Assembly (NCBI GenBank): GCA_951406725.2
Contig: OX597815.1
Coordinates: 49,724,001 to 49,788,000, forward strand
Direction: 5' to 3'
DNA length: 64,000 nt
Source: Octopus vulgaris
Lineage: Eukaryota
Below are positions 1-12,529 of this stretch, in pieces. Position numbers and translations under genes: made by a program. Numbering within the stretch: position 1 is the stretch's first letter; the number at the start of each line of letters is the position of its first letter. Below the pieces are notes generated by a model that was given only the letters and a program-made list of their open reading frames with translations, was not told the DNA's origin and did not search any database.

Positions 1-56
1 ATCGTTGAGAGGACGTTGCTGTTGCCTTGGTGAAGGTTTGCGCTCTCTGAGTGCTC

Positions 57-106
<50 letters not shown>

Positions 107-129
107 TCTATTATTATTATTATTATTTC

Positions 130-176
<47 letters not shown>

Positions 177-202
177 GTAGTAGTAGTAGTAGTAGTAGTA
201 GT
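57..202. repeat. Compound microsatellite (ATT)n then (AGT)n
   Basis: Directly visible; source of the poly-I/poly-L ORFs at 5..214 and 51..290. Confidence 0.97.
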
Positions 203-219
203 GCTGAGCTCTAATTGTG

Positions 220-642
220 GTGGGTACCTGTGGAAGGTAGATGTGGAACGAAATGGTGAGAAAGGATCTTCAGACACCGGGCCTCACTGAGGAAATGATA
301 AGGGACCAGAAGATGTGGCAACCTGTTGTGCTTGATAAGATGGATCAAGCTAAGTAAAGTTGCCATCATCCACACATACAGGCTTGTCCTTTTAAGTACC
401 AGTGCCACATAAAAAGAACCCATGCTGGTGTTGCATTAACACACCTGTGCCAGTGACACGTAAAGAGCACCTAGTACACTCTGTTAAGTTATTGGCATTA
501 AGAAGGGCATCCAGTCATAGCAACCATGTCACAACAGACAGTTGGACACAGGACAGTTCCTTGTTAACCAGCTCCATGTCAGTTCGTCCAACTCATGCCA
601 GCATGGAAAGTGGATGTTAAACTATGATTATGATGATTATGA
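220..642 (+). mobile_element. RTE-clade LINE 3' end (ORF C-terminus, 3'UTR, (GAT)n tail)
   Basis: Translates W-N-E-M-V-R-K-D-L-Q-T-P-G-L-T-E-E-M, matching the RTE C-terminus at 22.1 kb. Ends in ccaactcatgccagcatggaaagtggatgttaaa followed by (GAT)-like repeats, the tail shared with copies at 15.3, 17.4, 22.8 and 61.0 kb. Confidence 0.75.
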
Positions 643-644
643 TT

Positions 645-936
645 AAAGTGGTGAGTTGGCAAAATTGTTAACATATTGGGCAAAATGCTAAGCACTTTTT
701 GTTCTTTACTTTCCGAGTTCAAAGTCTGCTGAGGTTGGCTTTGCCTTTAATTCTTTCAGGATCGATAAAATAGATACCAGTTGAGCACTGGAGTTGATGT
801 AATCAACTATTCCCCTCCCACCATATTTCAGACCTTATACCTGTAATATAAAGCATTGTTATCATTATTATTATTATTATTATTGTTATCATTATTATTA
901 TGATTATTATTATTATTGTTATTATCATTATTATTA

Positions 937-1002
<66 letters not shown>

Positions 1003-1502
1003 GGCAGTGAGCTGGCAGAATCATTAGCATGCCAGGCAAATGCTTAGTGGTATTTCGTCTGTCACTACATTCTGAGTTCGAAATCCAACGAGGTTGACTT
1101 TGCCTTTCATTCTTTTGGGGTCGATTAAGTACCTGTTATGCACTGAGGTCGATGTAATTGACTCAATCCTGTCTTCCAAATTTGAGGCCTTGTGCTTCCA
1201 GTAGAAATAATTATTTTATTATTATTATTAGGTAGTGATCTGGCAGAATCATTAGCACACCAGTCAAAATGCTCAGTGGCATTTCATCTGTCATCAGATT
1301 CTGAGTTCAAATGCTACCAGGGTTGACTTTGCCTTCCATCCTTCTAGGGTTGATAAATTAAATACCAATGAAACACTGTGGTCGATGTAATCAACTATCC
1401 CCTGCCTTAAAATTTTAGGTCTTGTGCCTACAGTAGAAACGATTATCATTATGGTTATTATTAATATTATTATTATTGTTGTTGTAATTATTATTATTAT
1501 CA

Positions 1503-1564
<62 letters not shown>

Positions 1565-1586
1565 TTAATTATTATCATTATTATCA

Positions 1587-1665
<79 letters not shown>

Positions 1666-1844
1666 CATTATTAAGGCAGTGAGTCAGGAAACTCATGTGA
1701 ACACTGGGAAAAATACTATGCAACATTTTTTCTGGTCCTTTATTTTCTGAATTCAAATTCTACCAAAGTTGGTTTTACCTTTCATCCTTTCTGGGGTCAA
1801 TAAAATAAGCACCTACTTGAGCCAAAATTTGAAAATTTATTTTT

Positions 1845-1920
<76 letters not shown>

Positions 1921-2120
1921 AGAGCACTGGTTTGGCAGAATCATTAAAGCATCAGAAAACATACACTATTTCTTTTGGTACTTTGTTTTGAGTGCAACTC
2001 TTGCTGAGGTCAACTTTACCTTTCATTACTCTGAGGGTAATAAATTAAAGTACCCTACAACTATTAGGATTAATGCACTAATGCAATTGACCAACTTCTT
2101 CCTTCCAAACTGTTGGCATT
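645..2120 (+). mobile_element. Head-to-tail train of 5 copies of a ~200-bp tRNA-derived SINE (family B) separated by (ATT)n/(CAT)n
   Basis: Repeated unit gagctggcagaatcattagc...ttctgagttcaaat (B-box-like)...gactttgcctttcatcctt...taagtacc...ggccttgtgcc starting near 645, 1002, 1229, 1674 and 1922. Spacers are (ATT)n 855-1001 and 1441-1673, and (CAT)n 1845-1919. Confidence 0.85.
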
Positions 2121-2949
2121 AAATTAAAAGCATTGTTGTTGTTGTTGTTGTTATGGTTGTCATTGCTGCTGCTACTGGTGATTCAGTCCATGATTTTGTT
2201 ATATTTACTATTAACATGGCATTTATAAACCATTTAATTTCCATTAATGTGGCCCAGCTTCTTGTAAAAACTGATTAGTGTTGCAACATGCTGGTATTTC
2301 AATTCCTTCAGTCTCTGTTGGAGTCACATTTTAGTTTTTGAATTTTCAAAAATACTTATTTTAATAAATATATTTTTTTCAAAAGACCCCATTGATCGAT
2401 GCCAATGACATAAGGAATACCAATCCAACAATCACCAGGAAAAATTGTGCCAGAGGTGCTAAAGTTGTGGCAGCAATGATATCAGTGACGAAATTATTAG
2501 TAGAATGTTAGCTTCTTCAAAAGATGACACCTCTATGGCCACTTTAGCCATCGGCAGCATCAATATTAACAGTTTGACAGCAACAGCGTCAAAAGTAGTC
2601 ATAACCGTAATGACATGTCCTCTACCGCCACCACAAATAGTAGTAGTATCAGCAACATGAAAAGTAATTATAACTGGGAAAACTCATTCAAAAAAGTTTC
2701 TATAAATAACAGAGTTCTGGAAATAATATGCTAGGCAATAGAAGGCTAAGTACCAACAGAAGTTTAGAGGGAATTTCGTGGAAAAATGTCTAAAAATGTT
2801 TCCAGAAGAAGAACTGTTAATAGAAGAGAGAAATAAAGTTTAAAGTGTATCTCCTTAAAGGTCTAAATGGTGCAGAACCAAGAAATGTCTACAATAGAAG
2901 TTTTTGTAAGGCATGTTAAGAAAGAGGATACCATGGTACCCTGGAGTTA

Positions 2950-3975
2950 TGACATACTTATGCTCCATATATTCTTGGTGTACTAATATCTTTAAATCTG
3001 TTATCAGCATCAAGTTTGACCACTAATTCCATAAATACTCTCTTGTAGTATTTTTCTCTTTCATAGCTAAGTTTTGTTCTTCATTCATTCTCAGGTAATT
3101 GTGTGTGATAACTTGATCAAGCCCTTTGATTATGGTATCCATATCCAGGTCTAAATCTGCAATGTTGGTACGTTTTCCATTATTTAAAGTGGCTTCAATG
3201 CATTGGTAGTTTTAACCTCCCTTTTGATGACATGATTAAAGATCTTGACAATGTTGAGTAGATATTTCTGCTAGTCGTCATCCTCAGTCCTCAGTAAACA
3301 TTTTGAGGTCATCAGTGTAGAACAGACAGTTCCCTTTGCCACCCTTTGAGTTGTACACAAGGCTGTTGTTGTTCATGAGATTGGTGAGTGGTGCTAGTAC
3401 AAGATAGAAGGGCAGAGATGATAACAAAGATCCAAGAAAGAAGATTCTTCTTCTTACGATGATTAGTCTTGATGTTAACAGCCAATCCACATGCTGGAGA
3501 GTCAAGATGGTCTTCCAAGTTTTCATACTCACTAAGATAGATTTGATAGTGGGCAGATTTTGTAAATTTTGTGGTACTTCTCTATCCATAAATGTGAATT
3601 CCTACCAAATTCCTTTCTTAACCCTTTAGCATTTAAACTGGCCATATCCAGCCAAAATATTCTGCCTCTTTTATATCCAAACTTGCCAGCTCCAACATCC
3701 TCATACCTACCCTACAATGTCATGGTAAAAATAAACAATCACATCATTGAAATCTTGAAGCCTCAAGATAATGCATAATTATCAAAACAATGTGACTAAA
3801 TAAGCATTGCATTCAACAGAGAAATCTAAATGCTAAAGGGTTAAGTTGATCCATGCCGCTTTTACTTTTTTTCTTTTTTGTGTGAATACATCCTGCAGTA
3901 TAGCTTTAACAATAGCTGGACTATGCATCTAAAGATTTATTTTTCTTTATTACAAACCATCTGCTCATCTGTTTA
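2950..3975 (-). pseudogene. Decayed R4/Dong-clade non-LTR retrotransposon reverse transcriptase fragment
   Basis: Minus strand gives EQMVC..KAILQD, AWINLRKEFGRNSHLWIEK (cf. AWIDYxKAFDSVPHxWI), VRRRIFFLGSLLSSLPFYLVLAPL (cf. RGIFQGDSLSPLLF), LFYTDDLKMF (YMDD) and LLNIVKIF. Contains stops and frameshifts, and is interrupted by a MITE. Confidence 0.85.
3618..3844. mobile_element. piggyBac-type MITE (219 bp) with TTAA target duplication
   Basis: TTAA at 3618-3621 and 3841-3844 flank perfect 14-bp TIRs CCCTTTAGCATTTA / TAAATGCTAAAGGG. Confidence 0.92.
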
Positions 3976-4689
3976 CAGGTTACTTTTGTCAAGTAAGCTA
4001 TTGAAATACCATGCAGTATTTAGTTATTGCATTTAACAATCTGATTTCAAACCCCACTGAGATAAACTATACCTTTTATCGTCTCAAAGATTTAAAAAGT
4101 AATTTACTAAGGGTGATATAATGAACTGTTCCCTGTGCTCCAAAATTTGAACTCTTAGTCTAAGTTGGAAACAAGCATGCTGAATGATAAAATTTTACAA
4201 CATATAACTGTGCAGTGTCTGAGCATTGTTGACTTGTGGAGCTATCTATGGTAAACAACTCATGTTAGGGTTGAACGTATAAGCTAGCAGCCAAATCCAT
4301 CATGAGGCTCATCGACCATGCTTCTTTAATAAGGTTGCCCAGGTAGTTTTTCTCTGGTTGAACGTTATGGTAAATGAAACTAAAGAGATTGAGGGTAGAC
4401 AGTTTCCTCTCAGGTCCAACCCTCATCAGCTTTTTCAAGTTCCCTTCAAAAGAAAATTAAAAGTAGAGAGAGAAGTGCTCTTCTTAAGTAATTTGTCAAA
4501 AGGTGAAAGATTGCAGTGAAAATGGTTAGGATGAATGAACCTATTCTAATCATGCACTTATAGACTGAAGAACAACTGTGGGCTGAGAGCTTGTGCTTTT
4601 GGTGACCTCAATCATCTTGGAATTGTAGAGGTCCTTGATGGCAGAGCTCTAGTTGGAGGCTCTGTTATTGTCAAATATATTGTTACCAG

Positions 4690-5110
4690 CATCAACATCA
4701 TCATTTTAACACCTACTTTTCTAGTCTTGCATGAGTTAGATGAAATTATGGTAAGGCATATTTTTCTACAGCTGGATTCTCTTCTTGTAACTAATCCTCT
4801 ATTTTCAAGGAAGGTTATTTTCCCCTTAGTTTAGCAAACAATGAAAACTCTGGATATACTGCCATTTTTGCATGAATGTTGCCTCTGTCTGCAATTAGTG
4901 TACACACATGGAGACAAGAGGAAAACACACACAAATTTGCATATAGATATAAACCTTTTCCAGTCTCTGTTGAGCAAATTTTACTCACAAGGTATTGGTC
5001 AACCAGTCAGCTACAGTAGACAACAACAGCTAACAATATCCACATAGTGGGACTGAACCTAGAAGCGTGTAACTTTAAAGATAACTTCTTAACCACATAG
5101 CCACACCTGT
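4690..5110 (-). mobile_element. Decayed RTE-tail repeat followed by decayed SINE family A head
   Basis: catcatcattttaacacctacttttctagtcttgcatgagt resembles the reverse-complemented RTE tail. 4955-5110 resembles the SINE-A head (gtgggactgaacc...aaccacatagcca). Confidence 0.55.
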
Positions 5111-5624
5111 GCTTATACCTGACTATACATACACACACAGTCACTCACACACAAATCCATATATGCACACATGTGTGCACACACACATAAATGTACACAT
5201 TATATATAGTGCCCACACAAAATTATTAAGGACAATTTAATCCTCTAGATATTTCCAGTTGAGATATATTAATTTATAATGTTTAGAATTAAAAGGATGA
5301 TGGATACTTCACCACCTGAACAGGATGCAAGATATTTACGAGTAAATTACCAGACTGTTCTGCTGTTCAGTCTTCAGTTGGAGACAACCAAAGTAAGTAG
5401 AACTAATTGCTTAGTAAGTGACACAATGAAATGCCTGCAGTGGTAGACACGGAATTGAAATAACGATCAGTAATTGTTATTTCACCAATCTAGCCATTTT
5501 GTTTCCAGAGTTTTATTCAGTCATTCATACATATATTGCAAACACCATTAAACGGAAGAGAAGAATATATGAATTAGATTTATTAGAATATTATCCAAAG
5601 GATGAGATACTAAGAAGAATTACT

Positions 5625-5793
5625 CATATATATATATAAATACTTTCATACAGACATACATGCATACTCACACACACATACATACACACACATATATACA
5701 TACATACATGCACACACACATACATACACATAAATATATATATATACAAATATGTATGTGTGTATATATATATATATATATGAAGATAATATC

Positions 5794-5835
<42 letters not shown>

Positions 5836-5890
5836 TATACAGACACACAAATCAAATATATATACAGTGTCGTGTGTGTGTGTGTCTGTA
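5625..5890. repeat. Compound (TA)n/(CA)n/(TACA)n microsatellite; similar tracts at 6130-6265, 7250-7480, 7715-8230
   Basis: Directly visible dinucleotide tracts. Confidence 0.95.
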
Positions 5891-6128
5891 TATGAGGGCA
5901 TTTTTTCTTGACCAGATATCCCACAGATAAAGAATATCCATTGGAAACACTGTTTATGATAATCAATAGTGAAATATTAAATTTAACATAATGTATAATT
6001 CTTTAAATCTATCTTGTTGATATCTGGTCGGAAGTGGAATAATCATGGTTTCAATATATGTCGTGATGTGGTTTTTGACCTTTTCAAGAAATGAAATAGG
6101 GGTTTCTATTTTTATGCCACTAAATTCA

Positions 6129-6175
<47 letters not shown>

Positions 6176-6234
6176 ATGGGAGTGGAAGAGGGAAAGTGTG
6201 AAAGATTGAGATGGAGAGAAACAGAGGGAGAGAA

Positions 6235-6268
<34 letters not shown>

Positions 6269-7246
6269 TGGTTAAGGACATAACTTGGTATGATTCATCG
6301 AAACAATTTCTCCTCCTTCACCCATCAATCTGAAATCAGTCGTAAAACTTCCTGAGCTCAGGATATTGGCTAGCATCCAAATATTTCATTGGTAGGTATT
6401 GAAATATAGTTACGGCAAATGTCATTCGGAGTTTGGTGATCGGTGTCTTCCATCTAGTGAGCGTTACATTTCCATAAGTTGTTGCCATCAATTCCCATGT
6501 CAAACCAAAGTCTCTGGAGGTGTGGGAGATGAAGGGGGCAGCCATAATGCAGTGTCATTTCTTCACGTCCACTGCTCCATCTAATGACAACTCTTACAGA
6601 GTCCCCTTCTTCTTATCCACACCAAAAACAAGTAATGGTTTCTGGTCACAGAAGCACCGACCGTTACCTGTTTTTAGTGACTCAAATGGTTCTGGAGTAG
6701 GGCAGTTTGATAGATAGCTTTCTTTCCACCGATCTACAACTAAATACTACTGACTGTCCATTGAAAATAGCAGGTCTGGTTTAATGAATATAAATCTATA
6801 TAGATCTACTTCTTTCTGTCTGTTTCCCCCTACTCTCCTTCTCTCTACTCTTGCCATTTTCTTCTCTGTCCATTATATATTATATATGTGCGTTTATGTG
6901 AGTGCATGAGTGGGTGTATACAATTATGTGTGTATGTGTGCATATATGTACGTACATACATACTTACATACATATATACATACATGCATGCATATATTAA
7001 CATAGTTGTTCCTGCATACGTATATATTTACTTTATACATGCCAGTAGATATATATATATATATATATTGCCTGTATGTACACTTGCATATTCTAATAAG
7101 AGAGAAGGCTAAAGGATAAGCAGAGGGCAGGAAATAAGTTGCTATTATATCTTTGTTTAACATTCAGGTAATAAGTGAGATTATTTGAGTCAGAGACTGA
7201 AGAATACTTGCTCTTTCTCACACATTCATGTATGTAGGCAATTACA

Positions 7247-7301
<55 letters not shown>

Positions 7302-7306
7302 GTCTG

Positions 7307-7338
<32 letters not shown>

Positions 7339-7441
7339 CACACACACATTTACACATTTACATATATATATATATAATTATTCATCTTCCAGCAGATATA
7401 CACATACATACAAATACATGTATATACACATTCATGCATAA

Positions 7442-7477
<36 letters not shown>

Positions 7478-7710
7478 ATATACAATCATACAGGCATGCA
7501 CACCCTCACACACATATATTCCGGCATATCATACAAACTGATAGATAGATAGATAGATTTAAGTTTGAACGGATATGGTTTTATGGTCCACTTGTGAAGT
7601 TTGTATAGTGTGTGAGTCTGTATGAAAGTACATATGCATAATCTCCATGTAGAAGCATTGTTTTATTTGTTTCTCCTGAGAACTTTCATATTTCTGCTTT
7701 AACCCACATT

Positions 7711-7793
<83 letters not shown>

Positions 7794-8042
7794 ATTGAAA
7801 TACACACACAAACACACACACTCACACATACATACATATATATATATATGTAATGTTCATATTCATATATATATATATATATATATGCATGTTACAAAAT
7901 ACACAAATTCACATGCATAAATCATTCAAATATTCATGTGTGTGTGTGTGTGTGTGTGCAGAATAGACATGATTTACAAAAAGTTATGAAATTTTATAAC
8001 ACATATATACATGTGTGTGTGTGTTAATATATAGATATACAG

Positions 8043-8101
<59 letters not shown>

Positions 8102-9479
8102 AACAGGCTCAGATGCCCACAGAGGCACAAATGCAAACATACACTCACACTTACACACACACACACACACACATACACACACATATACTTACGTATATAA
8201 TACATATATGTATGTATTATATATATGAATGTCTATCTGTGTGTGTATGTGTATAATGTATCTTTTAGAAATTCTCAATTTAAGTTTAGGAAGAAATTTT
8301 TATTTATTTTATACTTGTTATTTTTGTTTTTCTTTCCTGAAAAGAAATTTAATAAAAATAAATTAAGAAAAAAAGAACACACTAAAAGATTGATTAAATT
8401 GTTTCCTCATATAATAAGTATGTTGAAGCTAGCCTTCATAAACACAACATTCTTTACTTAGCATAGAAATAACTTATTTCATGGTAACAAGCATTTGCTA
8501 CACTCCAGTGATGTTATTTTATTAAAGAGCTATCTGAAATTGGACCAAAATTTAGTTCCAATATGACTACACAGTCTCTCTTTCTCTGTCTCTCTGTCGC
8601 TGTTTCCCACTCTCTCTCTCTTGCTTCTTCCCACATATGCACACACTCTTACGTTAATACACATAAACACAGAATTATTTATTGATAGGAACAAATCTAA
8701 TATCATCCCAATAAGTATATAGCGATTAATTCTCACTGAACCAAATTCCATTTTGACTCAGAGAACAGCTGAGACCCTTACACTGCTTATGCCTCCCAAA
8801 AATGAATGAACACTACAACGTCCCATTGCTCACATCATTCATTACATGAAAGTAAGTATGAATCTGTAACAACTTTCTTGTATCTGAAGTATCTGGTATT
8901 GTTTTGATGTGTACAATAGAAGAAGGAGTGAGAGAGAGAAATCCTACATATTGGATTCTCATATGGTAGAGGAATGTCCTCTTGAAATAGGCCTTTACGG
9001 TGAATATGGACCAAGCAAGGGTTGCCTTTTAGCAAGATGTAGTACCAAACAGTGACCCAACCTAGAAGTGGACATTGTCATTGTTGCTGTCAGAGTAGAA
9101 GAAAGTGCCAGTGGCATAGATTTATTTAAGATGGACCTCATCTTGCCAGAAAGTGACCCACACACTTGATTTCATGACCTTTCTCTGCAGCACAAATAGA
9201 ACGAAACATGCAGGATCTAGTTATGAAACTGCAATGGACTTCTGCTGACCTGGTTATAGTTTTGAGTGGCACCTTCTGTAGCATGTCCATCGTGTTGTAA
9301 CCCTCTTCATCTGTTAATTCAAGACCTGTTGTAATGATGATGATGATGAAGTGGATGTACAGTCTTGACTAAAGACTCATTCACAGGTCAATAGTTAGAC
9401 ATGATTCATAGCAGAAGAACGTCTATGAAGTCAGTGGCCAAGATCACCAAGGTTGTAATATAAGTTACTGTTAATGTCC

Positions 9480-9722
9480 AGGTAAAAGGGTAAAGACTCC
9501 CTTCAGTTATAAATGACCATGGGATTGCATCTAGAAAGTTGCCCTCTGATGCACAAATCTAGGCAAGGTTGTTTTATGGAAGATCAGCAGTCTCCCATTC
9601 ATACCAGCCTCCCTTCTCCATACCACCAATATTATCCAAGGGAGAGGCAAAGGCCAATACAGCTTGGCACCAGTGACATCACAAACTCATTTCTACATCT
9701 GAGTGAACTGGAGCAATGTGAC
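9480..9722 (-). mobile_element. SINE family D, 3' portion
   Basis: Reverse complement of 14315-14547 (catttctacatctgagtgaactggagcaa; acagcttggcacc; ggcaaggttgttttatggaaga). Confidence 0.8.
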
Positions 9723-10629
9723 TGTTAATGTCTATAGACATAGCAACTATGGATACCATTTGCTACTGCAAAATTTGAATGACTGACAATCAGAGCAAGC
9801 TCAACCAATTGATAATAATGTAGGTGGAATAAGCTCCTGGAAATTTAAACTGATCTCTAGTTTACTTGGAAAAACGATGTTGGGACAGTTACATTCTAGA
9901 CACTTCTGATTATAGGCTGGTTTGCATAAGACTGATTTAGGCCTTAACACTACCACCAACATCAGCAACAGTATATTCTTGAATTCAGTATAATATGACT
10001 CTGAAAAGGCACACCCTACCTTGATTCAATTGATCAGATTTGTACAAAATCCATCGATACATTACAGTTGAGTCATTAGAAACAAGATTGGAATTCATCT
10101 GAAAATCTCATTGTACTGAGAGAGAAAAAAAGGAATTCCTAATTTGCAGACAAAAACGGTTGCAATGTAGTTTCTGGGTTGATTTTCTTGAGCCAAGGTT
10201 GGGAAAGAAAGGAAGGAAGGAAGGAAGTGTTTATTGCTGTTGTCATTTAACTCAACCTTTGCTCTGACCAATGCCACCTACAATGACCATTCCATTATCC
10301 AATGTGCCCTTCCAATTCTATAATGGCATAAGTATGAGTTTGCAGGTTGATTCAGTTGATATTCTTAATAGATCATGTGACTTCATGGAGGCTCCCAATC
10401 TGGACATCACCCATTAACTGCAGTTGCCACATTGAAACAAAGCTTCAAGAATAAGCTTTCAATCCTCTGTAAGTTTCTACTTTAAATTTCTGGTGATCTT
10501 CTCAGTCATCTGGTTTCAGTTTCAACCTATTGCACAGCACCATGAACAGGTGCCTCCTACTAAGGCCTCAGGCCAATCAAAGCGTTATGAGTGGATTTGG
10601 AAGATAAAAAGTGAATAAAGCCTGTCATA

Positions 10630-11578
10630 TATATGAATTTATGTTGATTTATGTGGGGCAAATAAAATAGGTGTGCTCAGAACATGTTGCAGAAGATATG
10701 TTTTTTATCTTGAAACTGAAACTGAGAGTTAATTACAACATGAGTTTCATGCTACTGTGATCATCAGGTGAGAACTGTTACAAATCAGTATTGGTGGTGT
10801 ATTTATATTGTGTGTGTGGTCTCATACATATTCATGAAGAAACTCACTACTTTCCCAATACATACATATTTCTATGAACACTGGTAAAATATAGAACATT
10901 TATCTCAGATTTAGACAATAATATACCAATGCCTATCATAAAACAAAATCAAACTCACTCACACACACAAATTTTCATGCACACTCACTCACACACATAT
11001 GCACTCATACAAACACACACATATGCATGCATGGACATCTTTTCCAAAATAAATTTTTTTAAAAGAACAGATGTTTTTACTCACAAAATAATCCCCAAAA
11101 TCACTCAGCCATGAAAATTCCCATTCGTTAGGGATGTAGCTAAGAGATATGTTCTTAATTACTTTTTCAAATAACCCATTCATAAACAGCCTTTCTCAAA
11201 AAGAACATATATTTAAAAACTCACGCACACACAAACACACACACATACACACACACCGGTTAAGAAAGGGTAATAAAAACAACTAAAATGTTTCACCATC
11301 AACTCAACAACAAAACCGACATAAATTAATAAAATATCATCCCATCTACAACTGCAAGAAAAACAAACACCACATTATGGAAGCAGCATAATGGAGAGGT
11401 AAGAAAAAACACCACCTAATCAATAAATATGAAAAGCTACCTGACGGGAAAACACTAGACCTCACACACTAAAGGATATAAATACTGTGCCAATACTGTG
11501 TTGTAACAGTTCTCGCCTACAGATTGCTATAGCATAAAAATCAAATTGTGAGACAAACTTTCCATTTCAATTTAATAT
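10630..11578. mobile_element. Penelope-like remnant with head-to-head inverted pLTR-like arms (10705-10825 / 11455-11575)
   Basis: atataaatac..ccaatactg..ttgtaacagttctc occurs on opposite strands at both ends. The left arm carries a decayed hammerhead core (CTGATGA..GAAA) on the minus strand. The interior gives weak GIY-YIG-tail-like peptides (KIIPK..LITFSNNPFINS). Flanked by (TA)n. Confidence 0.55.
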
Positions 11579-11602
11579 GAATATATATATATATATATAT
11601 AA

Positions 11603-11816
11603 TCTTTACTCTTTACTCTTTTACTTGTTTCAGTCATTTGACTGTGGCCATGCTGGAGCACCGCCTTTAGTCGAGTAACTCGGCCCCGGGACTTATTCTT
11701 TGTAAGCCCAGTACTTATTCTATCGGTCTCTTTTTCCGAACCGCTAAGTGACGGGGATGTAAACACACCAGCATCGGTTGTCAAGCAATGCTAGGGGAAC
11801 AAACACAGACACACAA

Positions 11817-11855
<39 letters not shown>

Positions 11856-12018
11856 CGAAGGGCTTCTTTCAGTTTCCATCTACCAAATCCACTCACAAGG
11901 CATTGGTCGGCCCGGGGCTATAGCAGAAGACACTTACCCGAGATGCCACGCAGTAGGACTGAACCCGGAACCATGAGGTTGGTTAGCAAGCTACTTTCCA
12001 CACAGCCACTCCTGCGCC
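11603..12018 (-). mobile_element. Full-length, young tRNA-derived SINE family A
   Basis: Minus strand reads ggcgcaggagtggctgtgtgg (A-box), ggttccgggttcagtcc (B-box), an internal (TA)n/(TG)n, gatagaataagtactggg, ggcggtgctccagcatggcc and a (gagtaaa)n tail. CpGs are retained. Confidence 0.9.
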
Positions 12019-12529
12019 TATATATAACTTATAAACAAGAGCAATAGAAAAATTATCTCAAGGCCAATATGCTGAGAACAGACTTTAAATCGTCAATTTC
12101 CACATTACAATATACATTCACTATAAATACACGTTGTGCTGAAATCTAGGAAAGCTAGCCAACAGGATTTTTTAAAAAAGTTCTTTATTTCTATATTGAA
12201 TCAATTTTGGGATTAATCCTATGGATTTTTCCCTCTTTAGTAGAAAATACGGTAAGAAATAAATGAAATACCTACACGCACCCATGAAAAAAAAGCAGAA
12301 GCAAGAGTCCACAGGGAAGAGAAGTTCAATTTAGTGGTACTAAAATGAATTACTCATTGTATTATATACATATATATATAGATAGGTTTGAGAGACAGAA
12401 TCACCCTCAAGCAACTCAATCATCGTTGAATGACATTATATCCACGATAGGTACATATAGGACTAAATATTAGAATTATCAAAATTAATACCTTCAATTC
12501 TTATTCTAGATCATTTACTTTACTTTATA

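Noticed and set aside
4390-4432. Minus-strand CTGATGAG...GAAA hammerhead-like core
   Set aside because: Stem II does not close next to GAAA and stem I cannot form; the region is instead a simple imperfect inverted repeat.
4430-4680. Possible CR1/L2-type LINE C-terminus on the minus strand
   Set aside because: The translation is too degenerate to show a diagnostic motif.
5905-6035. ~25-bp imperfect inverted repeat (gaccagatatc / gatatctggtc) as a MITE
   Set aside because: No TSD or second copy in the window to define an element; too little to call.
8762-8851. Possible 90-nt exon (ttttgactcag ... aaa|gtaagt)
   Set aside because: Stops in all three frames and no partner exons found. It could only be non-coding and cannot be supported without transcripts.
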